NCBI GenBank assembly: GCA_043228905.1
Contig: JBHGNT010000002.1
Coordinates: forward strand, 15,686,001-15,750,000
DNA: 64,000 nucleotides
Reading direction: 5' to 3'
Origin: Azolla caroliniana
Taxonomy: Eukaryota; Plantae; Polypodiophyta
Position numbers and translations under genes: made by a program. Positions 44,346 to 55,200 of this stretch are shown one piece after another. The stretch's first letter is position 1, and every line of letters starts with the position of its first letter. The notes beneath the pieces are model-generated. The model saw only the letters and a list, made by a program, of their open reading frames with translations, ran no database searches and was not told where the DNA came from.

Positions 44346-46472
44346 ATGAAGGGGGCGGATCTTGCAGAGGCCATGGCTTCGGCCGTGGATCGGATAGTAA
44401 GCGCGCGCGAGGGCACCGGCGCCCTCGATAGAGCTATTGAGGCGGTCGTCGGAACGATTGGTCGATTCACCGGAAAAGATGCCACGAAGTACCTGGCGTC
44501 CTACAGTGCGGAAATGTTAATGCGGGACATTCCGGAAGACAGGCGTCTTGCCGGTTTCCCCCGAGTGGCGATGCCGAGCATCCACGCGGAGGTGCTCGAG
44601 GTGCGGGCGGAGAGCCGTACCTGGGAGGAGTTCGAAGGTCGGCTCCTGGAAAAATACGGACTGGACGACGCGCTCCGGCTTTCGAAGCGAAGCTTCATGG
44701 AGTGGGTGGAGTCTCCCGGGAAAGGAAGAAGCGCGTCGGCGCTCCTCCGGGAGTTCGAGGAAAACTTTGCGCGCCTTTCGGCGCTCGACAGAACCATCCT
44801 GGACACGAGCCGGGTCTTGCTGTTTGTCAAGTCGGTCGACGAGCGGGATCGGGAGCAAGTGGGCTTCTTGCTGGAGACCGAAGACGGGCTCACTACCGAC
44901 TGGGCGGCTGTCAGGAAGGTCTGTGGCCGTTTCGACAAACGGCGAGAATGGGCGGATAACGGGGCGACCGGGTCGGGCTCGGTCGCTGCAAGGAAGCTCG
45001 AACCAGCGCCGCAGGTGCGCAAGGAAGAGACCCGGGAGTGGTTGGAAACCGGTTCGGCTTCGACCGGCGTAGTCAGAGGCTCAACCGGAGGAGAGGCGCT
45101 GGAGGAATTGACGAAGGCGATAAAGGACCTCCAAATCGCGCAGGCCCGAAGGGAAGGAGGCGAACCGGCTCGTGACCGACGGCCGGCGGCAGGAAACAGG
45201 TGCATGTGGTGCGATGAAGTCGGCCACATTCGGAAGGACTGCGGCGACTTCGCGGAGGCGCTGAGGAACAGGGTGGTGTACCTGTGGGAAGGACGGGTTC
45301 ACGCCAGCGACACGAGAAGAGCCCTAAACCGAAACGACGGGCGAGGCGGAATGAAGAGGTTGATGGAAGAGGCGGCGGCCCGACACGCGGAAACCGTCCA
45401 CTACTCGGCGTCAGCCGGCATTCGAGTCGGGGGCGGCGAGGCCCGGGGGGAAAACAAAGCCGGATTCTGGCCGACGATGCTGGAAGGCCTTGCCGGTGCA
45501 GGGCTTAAAAGGGAGGAATCGGACCGTGCGGAGAAACGGGTACGGGAGATGACCGGGTGGAGCGACCCGGTCGAGGAAAAGACGGGCTTCGTGGAAGCCG
45601 CTTGCCGGAACTACGAGGCTCTGGTAGAAGAGAAGCGGGTGGGGAAACCCGGGACGACCGGGCCCTCACAACGATACGAGACCCGGTCCGGGCCACGACG
45701 GGACGAAGCCGGCGGGGCCGGTACGCGAGATAAACCCCAGAAGGGCGGGTACCGTCTGGGGACGGAGATAGAAAGAACCACGGACTTACGAAAGGTCCTG
45801 GAGGAACGGATCCTCGACAGCAAGGTGGAGCTGTCGCTACGGGAGGTGCTGGGAATCGCCAAGAAGGAGTTCCACGACTCCATCGTGGACTTGGTGAAAC
45901 GGAAGAGGCTGTCAACGGAGACAGAACCGGAGAGACCGGTGGAAGTGCGGACGACGCACCTGGACGACATGGCGCTGGAAGACGAGTGGGCGGGAAGCCA
46001 CTATTCGCGGCCACACTGGGCCCGGGCGACCACGGAGACCCCGGTAAAGATCGGCGATGTCCAGGAACCGGTAGTAGCTTTGGTGGACCACGGATCGGAA
46101 ATCAACCTGATGTCCATGGAGTTCTATAAGAAGGGCAAATGGCCGATCAACACCAAGCACGGATGGAAGATAAGGGCGGCGACGCGCGCCACCGAGGAAC
46201 TTCACGGGGCCTGCCCGAATGTACGGGTCAAGATTGGCGATGTCGAGATAGACCAGCACTTCTTCGTGCAGGAGTCGTCATCGCACCCCGTCATACTGGG
46301 AGAGCCGTACATCACGGCGGCTCGAATGGAGACCAAGGTGCTGGACAACGGTTCGGCCTATGCGCGGGTCAAGAGCCAGGACGGGCGCCATTCGGTCCAG
46401 TTTTTGACGGTTAGGCCGAACCACGAGAGTAACCGCAACTCCCTCGGTTCCGACAACCGAGAGGATTTTTAG
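44346..46472 (+). CDS. gag: Gag-protease of D2
   Basis: As D1, with a few substitutions and one extra Lys codon. Confidence 0.92.
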   Translation: MKGADLAEAMASAVDRIVSAREGTGALDRAIEAVVGTIGRFTGKDATKYLASYSAEMLMRDIPEDRRLAGFPRVAMPSIHAEVLEVRAESRTWEEFEGRLLEKYGLDDALRLSKRSFMEWVESPGKGRSASALLREFEENFARLSALDRTILDTSRVLLFVKSVDERDREQVGFLLETEDGLTTDWAAVRKVCGRFDKRREWADNGATGSGSVAARKLEPAPQVRKEETREWLETGSASTGVVRGSTGGEALEELTKAIKDLQIAQARREGGEPARDRRPAAGNRCMWCDEVGHIRKDCGDFAEALRNRVVYLWEGRVHASDTRRALNRNDGRGGMKRLMEEAAARHAETVHYSASAGIRVGGGEARGENKAGFWPTMLEGLAGAGLKREESDRAEKRVREMTGWSDPVEEKTGFVEAACRNYEALVEEKRVGKPGTTGPSQRYETRSGPRRDEAGGAGTRDKPQKGGYRLGTEIERTTDLRKVLEERILDSKVELSLREVLGIAKKEFHDSIVDLVKRKRLSTETEPERPVEVRTTHLDDMALEDEWAGSHYSRPHWARATTETPVKIGDVQEPVVALVDHGSEINLMSMEFYKKGKWPINTKHGWKIRAATRATEELHGACPNVRVKIGDVEIDQHFFVQESSSHPVILGEPYITAARMETKVLDNGSAYARVKSQDGRHSVQFLTVRPNHESNRNSLGSDNREDF

Positions 46473-49400
46473 AGAGGACTGCCAAGGCGTGGGGCCGCGA
46501 CAGTCCGGACACCCCGGGAAAACCCCACACCTGTACGATAAAACCAAAGAAACCTTGTACCATAGGTAGGGAATTTTTGTTCTCCGACAGCGGAGCATGT
46601 ACGATAGTCGGCATCGGCGGCCGAGAGAAGACAAAGGCGGAGGGGAGGTTTCGAGCGTGCGGAGTTCTCGGCCCTGACGAGGAAATCAACGGAGCCGTGG
46701 AGGCGGTCTCATTCGACGACACCTTGGGAATGCTGGGAAAGGTAGTCGAAGAAGGCCTTAGCAAAGACCGGACGATACCGGTGTGTTCCGAGGAGATGTA
46801 CGGAGTCATCGCGGACTTCGGTCGAGGGCTCGAGTCAAGACGGACGGCCCACGTAAGCACCAAGTACAAGACTGTGGACCGGAAGGTAAGACCAGTCGCG
46901 GCACCCCTACCGGAGGACAGCGCGTCGAGAATCAAAGGGGTTGCGTCGGACCCTAGTCTACGAGATCCGGCCTGCATAGGGCACTCCTTCACCGACGAGA
47001 CGCTCCGAGAGCTCAAAATCGGTGGGGGCGGGTTCCTACTGCCGGCGGAGGAAGACCGGTTTCGGAGAATGCTCGGAAGGCACGGGAAAGCCTTCGCGTT
47101 CTCGCCGGAGGAAATCGGGTGCGTTGACCCGACGATCGTGGAGCCAATGGTGATATTCACGGTACCGCATGTACCATGGAATTTCAAGCCAATCCCGGTT
47201 CCGAGAGCTCACATCCCGAAGTTGATGGAGCTGCTGAGGCAGAAAGTTGATATGGGAATCCTCGAGCCGTCGAGCGCCCCATATTCGAATCGATGGTTTA
47301 CCGTACCAAAGAAAAACGGTTCGTTGCGCTTCATCCAGGACCTGCAGCCGGTCAATCGAGTGACCATTCGGAACGCGGGGATCGGACCGACCATAGACGA
47401 GTTCGCGGAGGCCTTCGCCGGAAGGTCAATTTACTCGGTCGGGGATCTATACTCGGGGTACGACCAGTTCCAGCTAGCCGTGGAGAGCAGAGACATTACG
47501 ACGATGCGAACTCCCCTCGGCCTAGTTCGGATGTGTACACTGCCGCAAGGAGGGACCAACTCAGTGGCCCACATGGTGAATGCGATGAACAAGGTTCTGA
47601 GGGACTATATCCCGGACATCACCATGCCGTTTCTGGACGACATTCCGATCAAAGGATGCCCGGTGGAAGAAAGGGACGAGACGATCGGGCCGGACGGATG
47701 CCGGCGATTCGTGGCGACGCACATCGACGACTGCGAGAAGGTGCTGCAAAGGCTGGAGGATGCGAGACTCACCTTCTCCGGGGAGAAGTCGGCCTTCGGG
47801 CAGTCAGAAATCATGGTGGTCGGACACCTGTGCGGACCTTATGGCCGGAAACCGTCTCCGGCAAAGGTAGAAGCCATCTCAGCGATGAAGCCCGACTGCA
47901 GCTCGGTCACGGAAGTACGGAGATTCCTGGGGGCATGCGCGTTCTACCACATATGGATCCCGCATTACGCACACGTCGCGGAGCCACTGTACGGGTTGCT
48001 GAAAAAGGGGCGAAGGTTCGAATGGCTGGACGAGCACGCGGAATCGGTCCGGAAGCTGAAAGAGGCCCTTGCAGCGGCACCGGCACTCCGGAAGGCGGTA
48101 TACGGGAAGGGTACCCCGGTATTCATAACGGTGGATACCAGTCCGACCGGGATCGGATGGGTCGTGAACCAGGAAGACGAGGACGGCAATCGGTTTCCGA
48201 TCCGATTCGGCGCGAAAGTCCTCAGTGAACGGCAGCGAGGATACGCCCAGGTTAAACGCGAACTCTGGGGTATTGTTTCGGCGGTTAAGGCCGACAAAGA
48301 CTACCTGATAGGGACAGAAGTGATCATCGAGACGGATTGCCTGCCGATTCTCGGTATGGTTTCCGGATGCGCGACTCCGGACCTGGCGATGCTCAGGTGG
48401 ATAGCGTACATCAAGTCCCTGGACCCGGAAATACGACACATTTCCGGGAAAGACAACGCCATGGCCGACATGCTTTCGAGGGCGAGGTTCGACGACGAGG
48501 GCAGCATGGTTTCGGAAGACGAAGAAGTCGGCGTGGATTTCTTCGAGGCAGCATACGTAACGACCGACGGGATGAGCACTCCGGCGCTTAACGAGTTCGA
48601 CGCAAGCAAGTACGACGGGGAGTGGCTGCAGATCGGCGGGTTTTTGAAGACAATGACGCCCGATGCGTCATGGACGAAGGACGAGGCCAACCGGATCTGG
48701 AAGAAAGCATATCGATTCTTTCTCCGAGATGGGCATTTGTGGAAGCACCCGAAGAAAAGAAACGGCGCCCCGCTCCGGGTGGTGGCGGTGAAGGAAGAAC
48801 AGGAGGAGCTGCTGACGGCCTACCACGACAGCCCTTGGGCTGGACACCGTGGAACGTGGGCGACGTTTGAGAAGCTAAAGGGGAAGTACTGGTGGCCGGG
48901 ATTGTACCGGGACGTGCATCGGTTCGTGACAACTTGCGAGAGCTGTCAGATGCACTCCATAGTCCGACACCGGGACGAGCTTCACCCTACGTACCCTCCG
49001 ACCATCCACTTCAAATGGATGGTAGATCTGGTGACGATGCCGATGGGGGTAGGACAGATGCGGTATCTGGTCCTAGCGCGGGAAGACCTGACGAACCAGG
49101 TGGAAGGCCGAGCCCTTCAGAACAAGACGACCGCGGCCGTGTGTCGGTTCCTAATCGAGGACGTGATATGCCGGTACGGGTGCGTCGGGAAGATCGTGGC
49201 TGACCGAGGGGAGTTGGACGCCGAAGAAGCCGCGGAGCTGTTCGACCGGTTGGGGGTCAAGCTCTCGCTCACCACTGCGTACAATCCGGAGGCGAATGGA
49301 AAGGTGGAGCGCGGGCTCGGACCGATCGTCAAGGCGTTGGTTCGGGCATGCGGAGGCCGAATCGGTGACTGGCCGCGGCTCCTACCTTATGCCTTGTGGG

Positions 49401-49960
49401 CCGACCGGACCACGCACAGTTCGGTAACCGGGTACATGCCGACAGAGCTCATGTTCGGCCAGAAGCCGATCATGCCGATTGAACGGACGATCTCCTCGTG
49501 GGCAACGGTCGACTGGAGGGACGAGATGAGCCGGGAGGAGTTGTTGGCCGCTCGTATACGACAGCTCGAGCGGAGACCGGAGGACGTGGCACTGGCTACG
49601 GAGAAGCTCCGGGTGGCGAGGACAAAGAACAAAGCCCGGTTCGACCGAACGCACCGGCTACGACCGAAGAAAATCGACGAAGGTGACTGGGTGCTCGTCT
49701 ACGACAGCAGCCTCGACAACCAGCACCGAGCAACGCGGAAGTTCGCACAGAGATGGTTCGGGCCGTACACGGTACAGAGCGCCAACGACAACGGGACGTA
49801 TCATCTGGCGGAACTCGACGGTACGAGAATAGCGATACCCGTGGCCGGGAAGAGGATCAAAGCTTTCAAGAAGCGGCACGACGACGAACCCGACCCGATT
49901 CTCCTGGACAGCAGCGACGACCGATCCGAGGCCGAGGAAGGGCCGGCAGGCGAAGAGTAA
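46463..49960 (+). CDS. pol: Pol of D2 (predicted -1 frameshift entry at 46463-46469)
   Basis: The -1 frame is open from the slippery site; all RT, RNase H and IN motifs are present. Confidence 0.95.
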   Translation, partial: GFLERTAKAWGRDSPDTPGKPHTCTIKPKKPCTIGREFLFSDSGACTIVGIGGREKTKAEGRFRACGVLGPDEEINGAVEAVSFDDTLGMLGKVVEEGLSKDRTIPVCSEEMYGVIADFGRGLESRRTAHVSTKYKTVDRKVRPVAAPLPEDSASRIKGVASDPSLRDPACIGHSFTDETLRELKIGGGGFLLPAEEDRFRRMLGRHGKAFAFSPEEIGCVDPTIVEPMVIFTVPHVPWNFKPIPVPRAHIPKLMELLRQKVDMGILEPSSAPYSNRWFTVPKKNGSLRFIQDLQPVNRVTIRNAGIGPTIDEFAEAFAGRSIYSVGDLYSGYDQFQLAVESRDITTMRTPLGLVRMCTLPQGGTNSVAHMVNAMNKVLRDYIPDITMPFLDDIPIKGCPVEERDETIGPDGCRRFVATHIDDCEKVLQRLEDARLTFSGEKSAFGQSEIMVVGHLCGPYGRKPSPAKVEAISAMKPDCSSVTEVRRFLGACAFYHIWIPHYAHVAEPLYGLLKKGRRFEWLDEHAESVRKLKEALAAAPALRKAVYGKGTPVFITVDTSPTGIGWVVNQEDEDGNRFPIRFGAKVLSERQRGYAQVKRELWGIVSAVKADKDYLIGTEVIIETDCLPILGMVSGCATPDLAMLRWIAYIKSLDPEIRHISGKDNAMADMLSRARFDDEGSMVSEDEEVGVDFFEAAYVTTDGMSTPALNEFDASKYDGEWLQIGGFLKTMTPDASWTKDEANRIWKKAYRFFLRDGHLWKHPKKRNGAPLRVVAVKEEQEELLTAYHDSPWAGHRGTWATFEKLKGKYWWPGLYRDVHRFVTTCESCQMHSIVRHRDELHPTYPPTIHFKWMVDLVTMPMGVGQMRYLVLAREDLTNQVEGRALQNKTTAAVCRFLIEDVICRYGCVGKIVADRGELDAEEAAELFDRLGVKLSLTTAYNPEANGKVERGLGPIVKALVRACGGRIGDWPRLLPYALWADRTTHSSVTGYMPTELMFGQKPIMPIERTISSWATVDWRDEMSREELLAARIRQLERRPEDVALATEKLRVARTKNKARFDRTHRLRPKKIDEGDWVLVYDSSLDNQHRATRKFAQRWFGPYTVQSANDNGTYHLAELDGTRIAIPVAGKRIKAFKKRHDDEPDPILLDSSDDRSEAEEGPAGEE

Positions 49961-50709
49961 AGGCGGGCCGGTTTTCTCCGTGCCAACTTAATTGGGCGCA
50001 TACCGGTGGATGCGCGGTTAGGTGGGGGCGGATGTCGTGAAGAAAACCGCCCACGAAAGGAATCGGAGGAACAAGTCGTGGGAAACGGCTCTACACACAC
50101 GCGCGCCAAGAAGTACATACGAGGATCCTAGGTGGGTAGATTCGGTTGGTATGCAGTTAATGCCAAACGGCCTCTTGACGGGATATAAAAGGAAGAGGAA
50201 GAATAGAAGTGGGGTATCTCGCGGAGAGAGGACGAAGTGCTGCCGAACCGTTTTCGGAGCTCCTCTCTCACTCCTGCTTTCGTTGTCTTCTGCTCCATCG
50301 CGTACCTGTGCAGGTTTCGAGGAGGCTTGCGCTGTTCCGTGGAACGCCCCGAGTGCGTCCTGCAGCACCTCCGACCTGTTTTCCCCTTTCCGTGCGTCGC
50401 GACATACAGGGGTCGGCATCTGTTCGCCGCCCTGTTCGCTTTCGTTAGTCTCTATTTCGTGCCCTACCGTGGGTTGTAATGCTTTGGTCTGTTATTTTCT
50501 TGCTTTCATAAGTACATACCTTTCGTTGTTGCATCCGTCTGCGTCGGCGTTTGTTTGTGATCTCTGTTTGTTGGGCCGTGTCCCTGTGCAATCTTCGGTT
50601 CTGTGTAATCGGGTCTCTCTCTCACTCCGCTCTCTCTTGCTCTTCGGTTCAAGACCCCCGTGGTCCCTCCTCCTTTCTGCACGCAAGGGCGTAGCAACCC
50701 CGACACCGG

Positions 50710-53700
50710 TTCAGCTCTTCCGGAGGCAGTCCTGTGCTCAGAAACTGGTGCATATTTGTGAGCCACTTGTCTTCCTGGGCTACTGTCTCATCTGCTGCCG
50801 TCTCCGTAGTGACTCGAAACAGCTCCGCATCTGGAAACTCATCCGGTACTCCGTCACCCGTCTCTCCGGACTCCAATCGGCTTAAGTAATCTGCTACGGC
50901 ATGCTGTATACCGGGTCGGTGGAATATTTCAAACTCGAACTCCTGTAACAGTAAGGTCCACCGGGCCAATTTGCCGGTGAGTGACGCCTTGGACACCAGG
51001 TAAAGGAGTGCTGAATGATCTACATGGAAGGAAAACTTCCTTCCCAATAAATAGTGCCGAAACTTTGTCACACTGTAGATCATTCCTAGAGCTTCCCGTT
51101 CCGTAGTAAAGTAGTTCCGTTCTGCTTGGGATAGCTTCCGGCTGGCATAGTACACTGGCCGGTACCACTTTAGTTCCGTAAGCTGCATCAGTACGCTTCC
51201 GATTGCGATGTAGGAGGCATTGAGGAACACGTGAAATTCTTTACTCCAATCTGGAGGTTGTACTACCGGTGCCTGCGATAATGGTACCTTGAGGGCCTTA
51301 TACGCCCTATCCTCAGTATCGGTCCACTGCAATGGTGTCCGATGTACGGCAGCATGCAACGGTGTAGCCAGGTTGGCGAAGTATCGGAGCATCCGGCTGT
51401 GCCACCGGATCTGGCCTAAGAACCGGCTCAATGCCTTTGTCGTTGCCGGCGCCGGTGCTTCTAATATGGCTTTCACTCTGTCCGGGTCGACCGCTATACC
51501 TTCCTGGCTTACGATATGTCCTAATAAAGTTCCACTGGACATGCCAAATACACACTTTGCCGGATTCAAGCTTAGCCGGTACGCTCTACACTTTTCTAGA
51601 CAAAGACGGAGATGCTGAAAATGGTCCTCCTCCCGGCTATAGACGGCGAAATCGTCAAGGAAAACCTGCATAAAAGCCGGTATATATTCACCAAAGATTT
51701 CCATGATGATTCTTTGAAACGTTGCCGGTGCTGTTTTGAGTCCGAACATCATCACCACGGCCACAAACACCCCCCATTCGGTGACGAATGCCGTTTTCTC
51801 TTGGTCGTCGGGGTGCATCCGGATCTGATTATATCCGCTGAATCCGTCTAGGAAGCTATAGACCTCATGGCCGGCGACGGCATCCAACACTCCATCTATG
51901 AACAGAAGTGGAAATGCATCCGTTACCGTAGCCGCATTGAGTTTCCGGTAGTCCACGCAAACTGGAATTTTTCCGTTCTTCTTCGGTACGACTACGATCG
52001 GGCTCAGCCATGTCGCTTTCTTTACCGGACGGATAAAACCAACTCTTAGCAGTTTGTCGATTTCTTCCTTGACCTTGGCAGCATAATTGGGATTCATTCG
52101 GTACCGTCTTTGTGCCACTGGTTTTCCGTCTTTGCTCAAGTGCACTTGATGCTGGTATAACTGAGGGTCGAGTCCTCGCATGTCTTCGTATGACCAGGCG
52201 AATACGTCGCGAAATTCCGTGAGAAGGTTTATCATCGCCGTTTTGTCTCCGGACTTCATCTCCTTGGCGATGTGCACCAGTTTTGCTTCGTCCGTGGTGC
52301 CTAAATACACCTCTTCCAATTGCGATGCTTTCACACGCTGTGAAACGGCCATTTCCCGTTCCAACGCTTCCTGCGCTTGCCGTAACTCCCGGATTGCGTC
52401 TTTATCCGGTTCTGCTTCCGCCTCTTCCGGTTGCGGTAAGTACGGTGCTACGGCTTCGGAAATGTCAATTTCGAAGAGGGGTATGATCTTCGGGTTTGCC
52501 TGCAGGTATTGAGCTTCTTCTTCGTCCGCTAACCCTTCGAGCATGTTGACGCATTCCGCATACAACGGTGTACATTCCTTGCCAGTGCTCGTCCTTGGCT
52601 GTGTTGGTACCCGTACCTTGGCGTTTCCTCGCCGGAAGGTAATTATATTTTTTCGCCAATTCTGTTTGATATGTGCCGTTTTCAACCATGGCCGCCCCAC
52701 CAATAGTGGGTATGCGCCTTGTGCCTGTAATTGTAGCACTACGGCCGAGATGTGAAATGTATGACCGCCGACGGTGACTTCTAATTTCCGTATTAATCCT
52801 GTCAGCCGCACTGAGCTTGTATCGGCCATCCGCAACCAGAACGGCTCCCACTCGTGGATTCCTAGGTCCTCACACGTCCGGAGGCTTACTACATTTACCC
52901 CAGAGCCTCCGTCTATAACTGTGCTGGGGAGTTCTTTCCCTTTTACAATGGCAGTGATTACCGGACTGCTGGTGTCTACCACTGTTGGTCCCTCCTCCGG
53001 ATTCGAGAAGAGTACCGGTGCCGGTGATGGTTCTCCTGCCGTCATGGCCGTCTTCAGTCCTTCCGTGAATCTAGGCACGAGTTGTAGGAGTCTTCCTAGT
53101 GGTAACGTAATCTGGCATTCTTGCAACGCCTGCCATATCTCGTTCTCGGAGTGACTACCGCCGGCAAGCCCTGCGGTGTTCTCCTTTTGCTGCTATAAGT
53201 CTGTGACATTCTGCTCGTTTGCTTTCTTTACCCATTCCGTTGCTTGTTTGCGGATGGTCTCCTGTGTCTCCCATTCTTTGGCCATGCCCTTCGATCTTGT
53301 GGTCACCTGCTACAGGTCTACCACCTCAGGGACTACCATATTTACCGCCGGTCGTTTTTCATAGCTCTTTACCGGGCATTGGTTACTATAATGGCCTTCC
53401 TGTTTGCAGTAGTAGCAGTAGGCTTTCCGGGCATTGCTAGATTCGGCATTGTCTGTTGTACCCGGGGCAGGTCCTACGGTACGCGCGGGGTTTTGTACCG
53501 GTTGGCTACTTGGAGCGCCTTGTTCCGGGTCCCGGGGGTAGCCGCCTTTTTTAAAATGCCGTTTTTTGTTAAAGCTCTTCTTATTACGGTACTCTTGACG
53601 GGGTTGCCCGTTATATCGGCCATATTCCTCCCGTTGCTGACGATACCTGGGGGAGTGCTCCCGGTCGTAATGTTCGTATCGTCTATTGTAATCCTGGTGC

Positions 53701-55200
53701 CGATCATGCCGGTCATAGTTATCTTGCCGATCACCGTACCAGACATCATTTTCCCGTCGCTCGCCGTACCAGACATTATTTTCCCGTCGCTCGCCATACC
53801 GGACATCCTGTGCCGGTCGGTCACGGTCCATTCGCCGCCAACGTTCGTCTTCTTCGTCCCGGTTGCTGCGTGGCTCAATTTGTCGGACGGGCGGTGCTTG
53901 CCGAGTCAACAGATTATACTCGCACCTATCCGTCGAATGGCTCTCTGACTGACAGATTACACATTGCGTCCTCATAGTGCATTCTAGAGCCGAGTGTCCG
54001 GAATTCAAGCAGGTTGTGCACTATATTGCTTGCCGAAACCGGAGGTCTTCATCGGACGGTAACGCCCGTTGAAGTGCGCCCAGTGTGAGCTAGGAGCTTG
54101 TCTTTTCCATCTCTTTCACCTGGTCGATGGTACTTGTACGGAAATCGATTACCGTGCAAACCGTGCGTAGGGGTTCCCGGAGGGCGTTTAGGAATATCGT
54201 CTGTAATTCCTCCTCCGGGGGTGCACGGGTAAGCTGACTATGCATCCGTTGAAACCGGATGACAAATTGGGGAATGCTCTCCCCTGCCTCTTGCCAGATA
54301 GTATAAAATAAGCCTACCATTACGGTCTGGTCCACCTCCTTTTGAAAAAAATGCATGAATTTAGCTTTTAAATCTGCAAAGGTGTTGATGGTAGACGGGT
54401 CCTGCGTCCGACGCCATCTCGCTGCCGGTCCCTCTAATGTGATGCCAAACTCTGCTATCTTAGAGCGTTCTTCTTCCTCCGGTGTCAGTCGCTGGGACAC
54501 ATGGTTGGCTTCCCATGTCTGTTCAAATGTGTGCACATGAGCTTCCGCGTTCGGATCATCTCTATACTTGGAGTAACTGAACGGCATGTCGTCGTCCAGT
54601 ATCGGTGCGCAGGCTGGTAGTGTTGGTGCTCGTTCCGGAATTTTCTCCGGTGTCGGTGGTCTTTCCCGATATGATTCTGGTGTCGGTTGTTTCTCTTCCG
54701 CTGGTGACGGAGGCCTCTCCTCGACTTCCGGTGTCGGAGGTCGTTCTTCTTCTACTGGTTCCGGGGGTTCCAGCGTTAGCACTTCCGGTTCCGGTTCCGG
54801 TGTCGGTAAGGTATCCGAGCCTTCGTCCTCCGGTCCGCCCGGGGTTTCGTTGCTGCTACGGTAGTTCGTGTGCACGCTGTATTCCCCTTCGGAGTTTGAT
54901 TCATATGCTGAAAAGGCCTCTGCTTCGCCTTCTCCGTTTGCCAACGCGTGGAGAAGGGATTCGGTTTCCCAGAGGCTGCTTAGGCTGCTGCCATCGTCCG
55001 GGTGCGATGTTTGCTGTAACCAGTGGGAGTCCTCCGCTACTCTCCGGATTACATTGGAAAACGAGCGATCCGCTCTAATTTCCTGCGCCGCTTGCTGGAA
55101 GGCCTCGCGTCTCCTTTGCCTTTTGGCAAGGCGTCGAGTTCGATCTGTAACCAGGTCGTGCGTTGATCTAGACATCCATCCGTGTCGTCGTTCGCTGCAA
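50710..55200 (-). pseudogene. pol: Single-frame gag-PR-RT-RNase H of C2 with premature stops; IN start at 43470-43625
   Basis: ORFs 54090-55262, 53310-54008 and 50649-53126 share one frame; three CCHC-type knuckles; VIDGGSG; VFLDDF. Confidence 0.92.

Larger units (their letters stand above)
43630..50705 (+). mobile_element. Full-length Ty3/Gypsy element D2 inserted in C2 pol
   Basis: 673-bp LTRs 43630-44302 and 50033-50705 (about 4 SNPs seen); TSD CCGG at 43626-43629 and 50706-50709; PBS 44306-44322; hairpin plus PPT 49996-50032. Confidence 0.96.
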
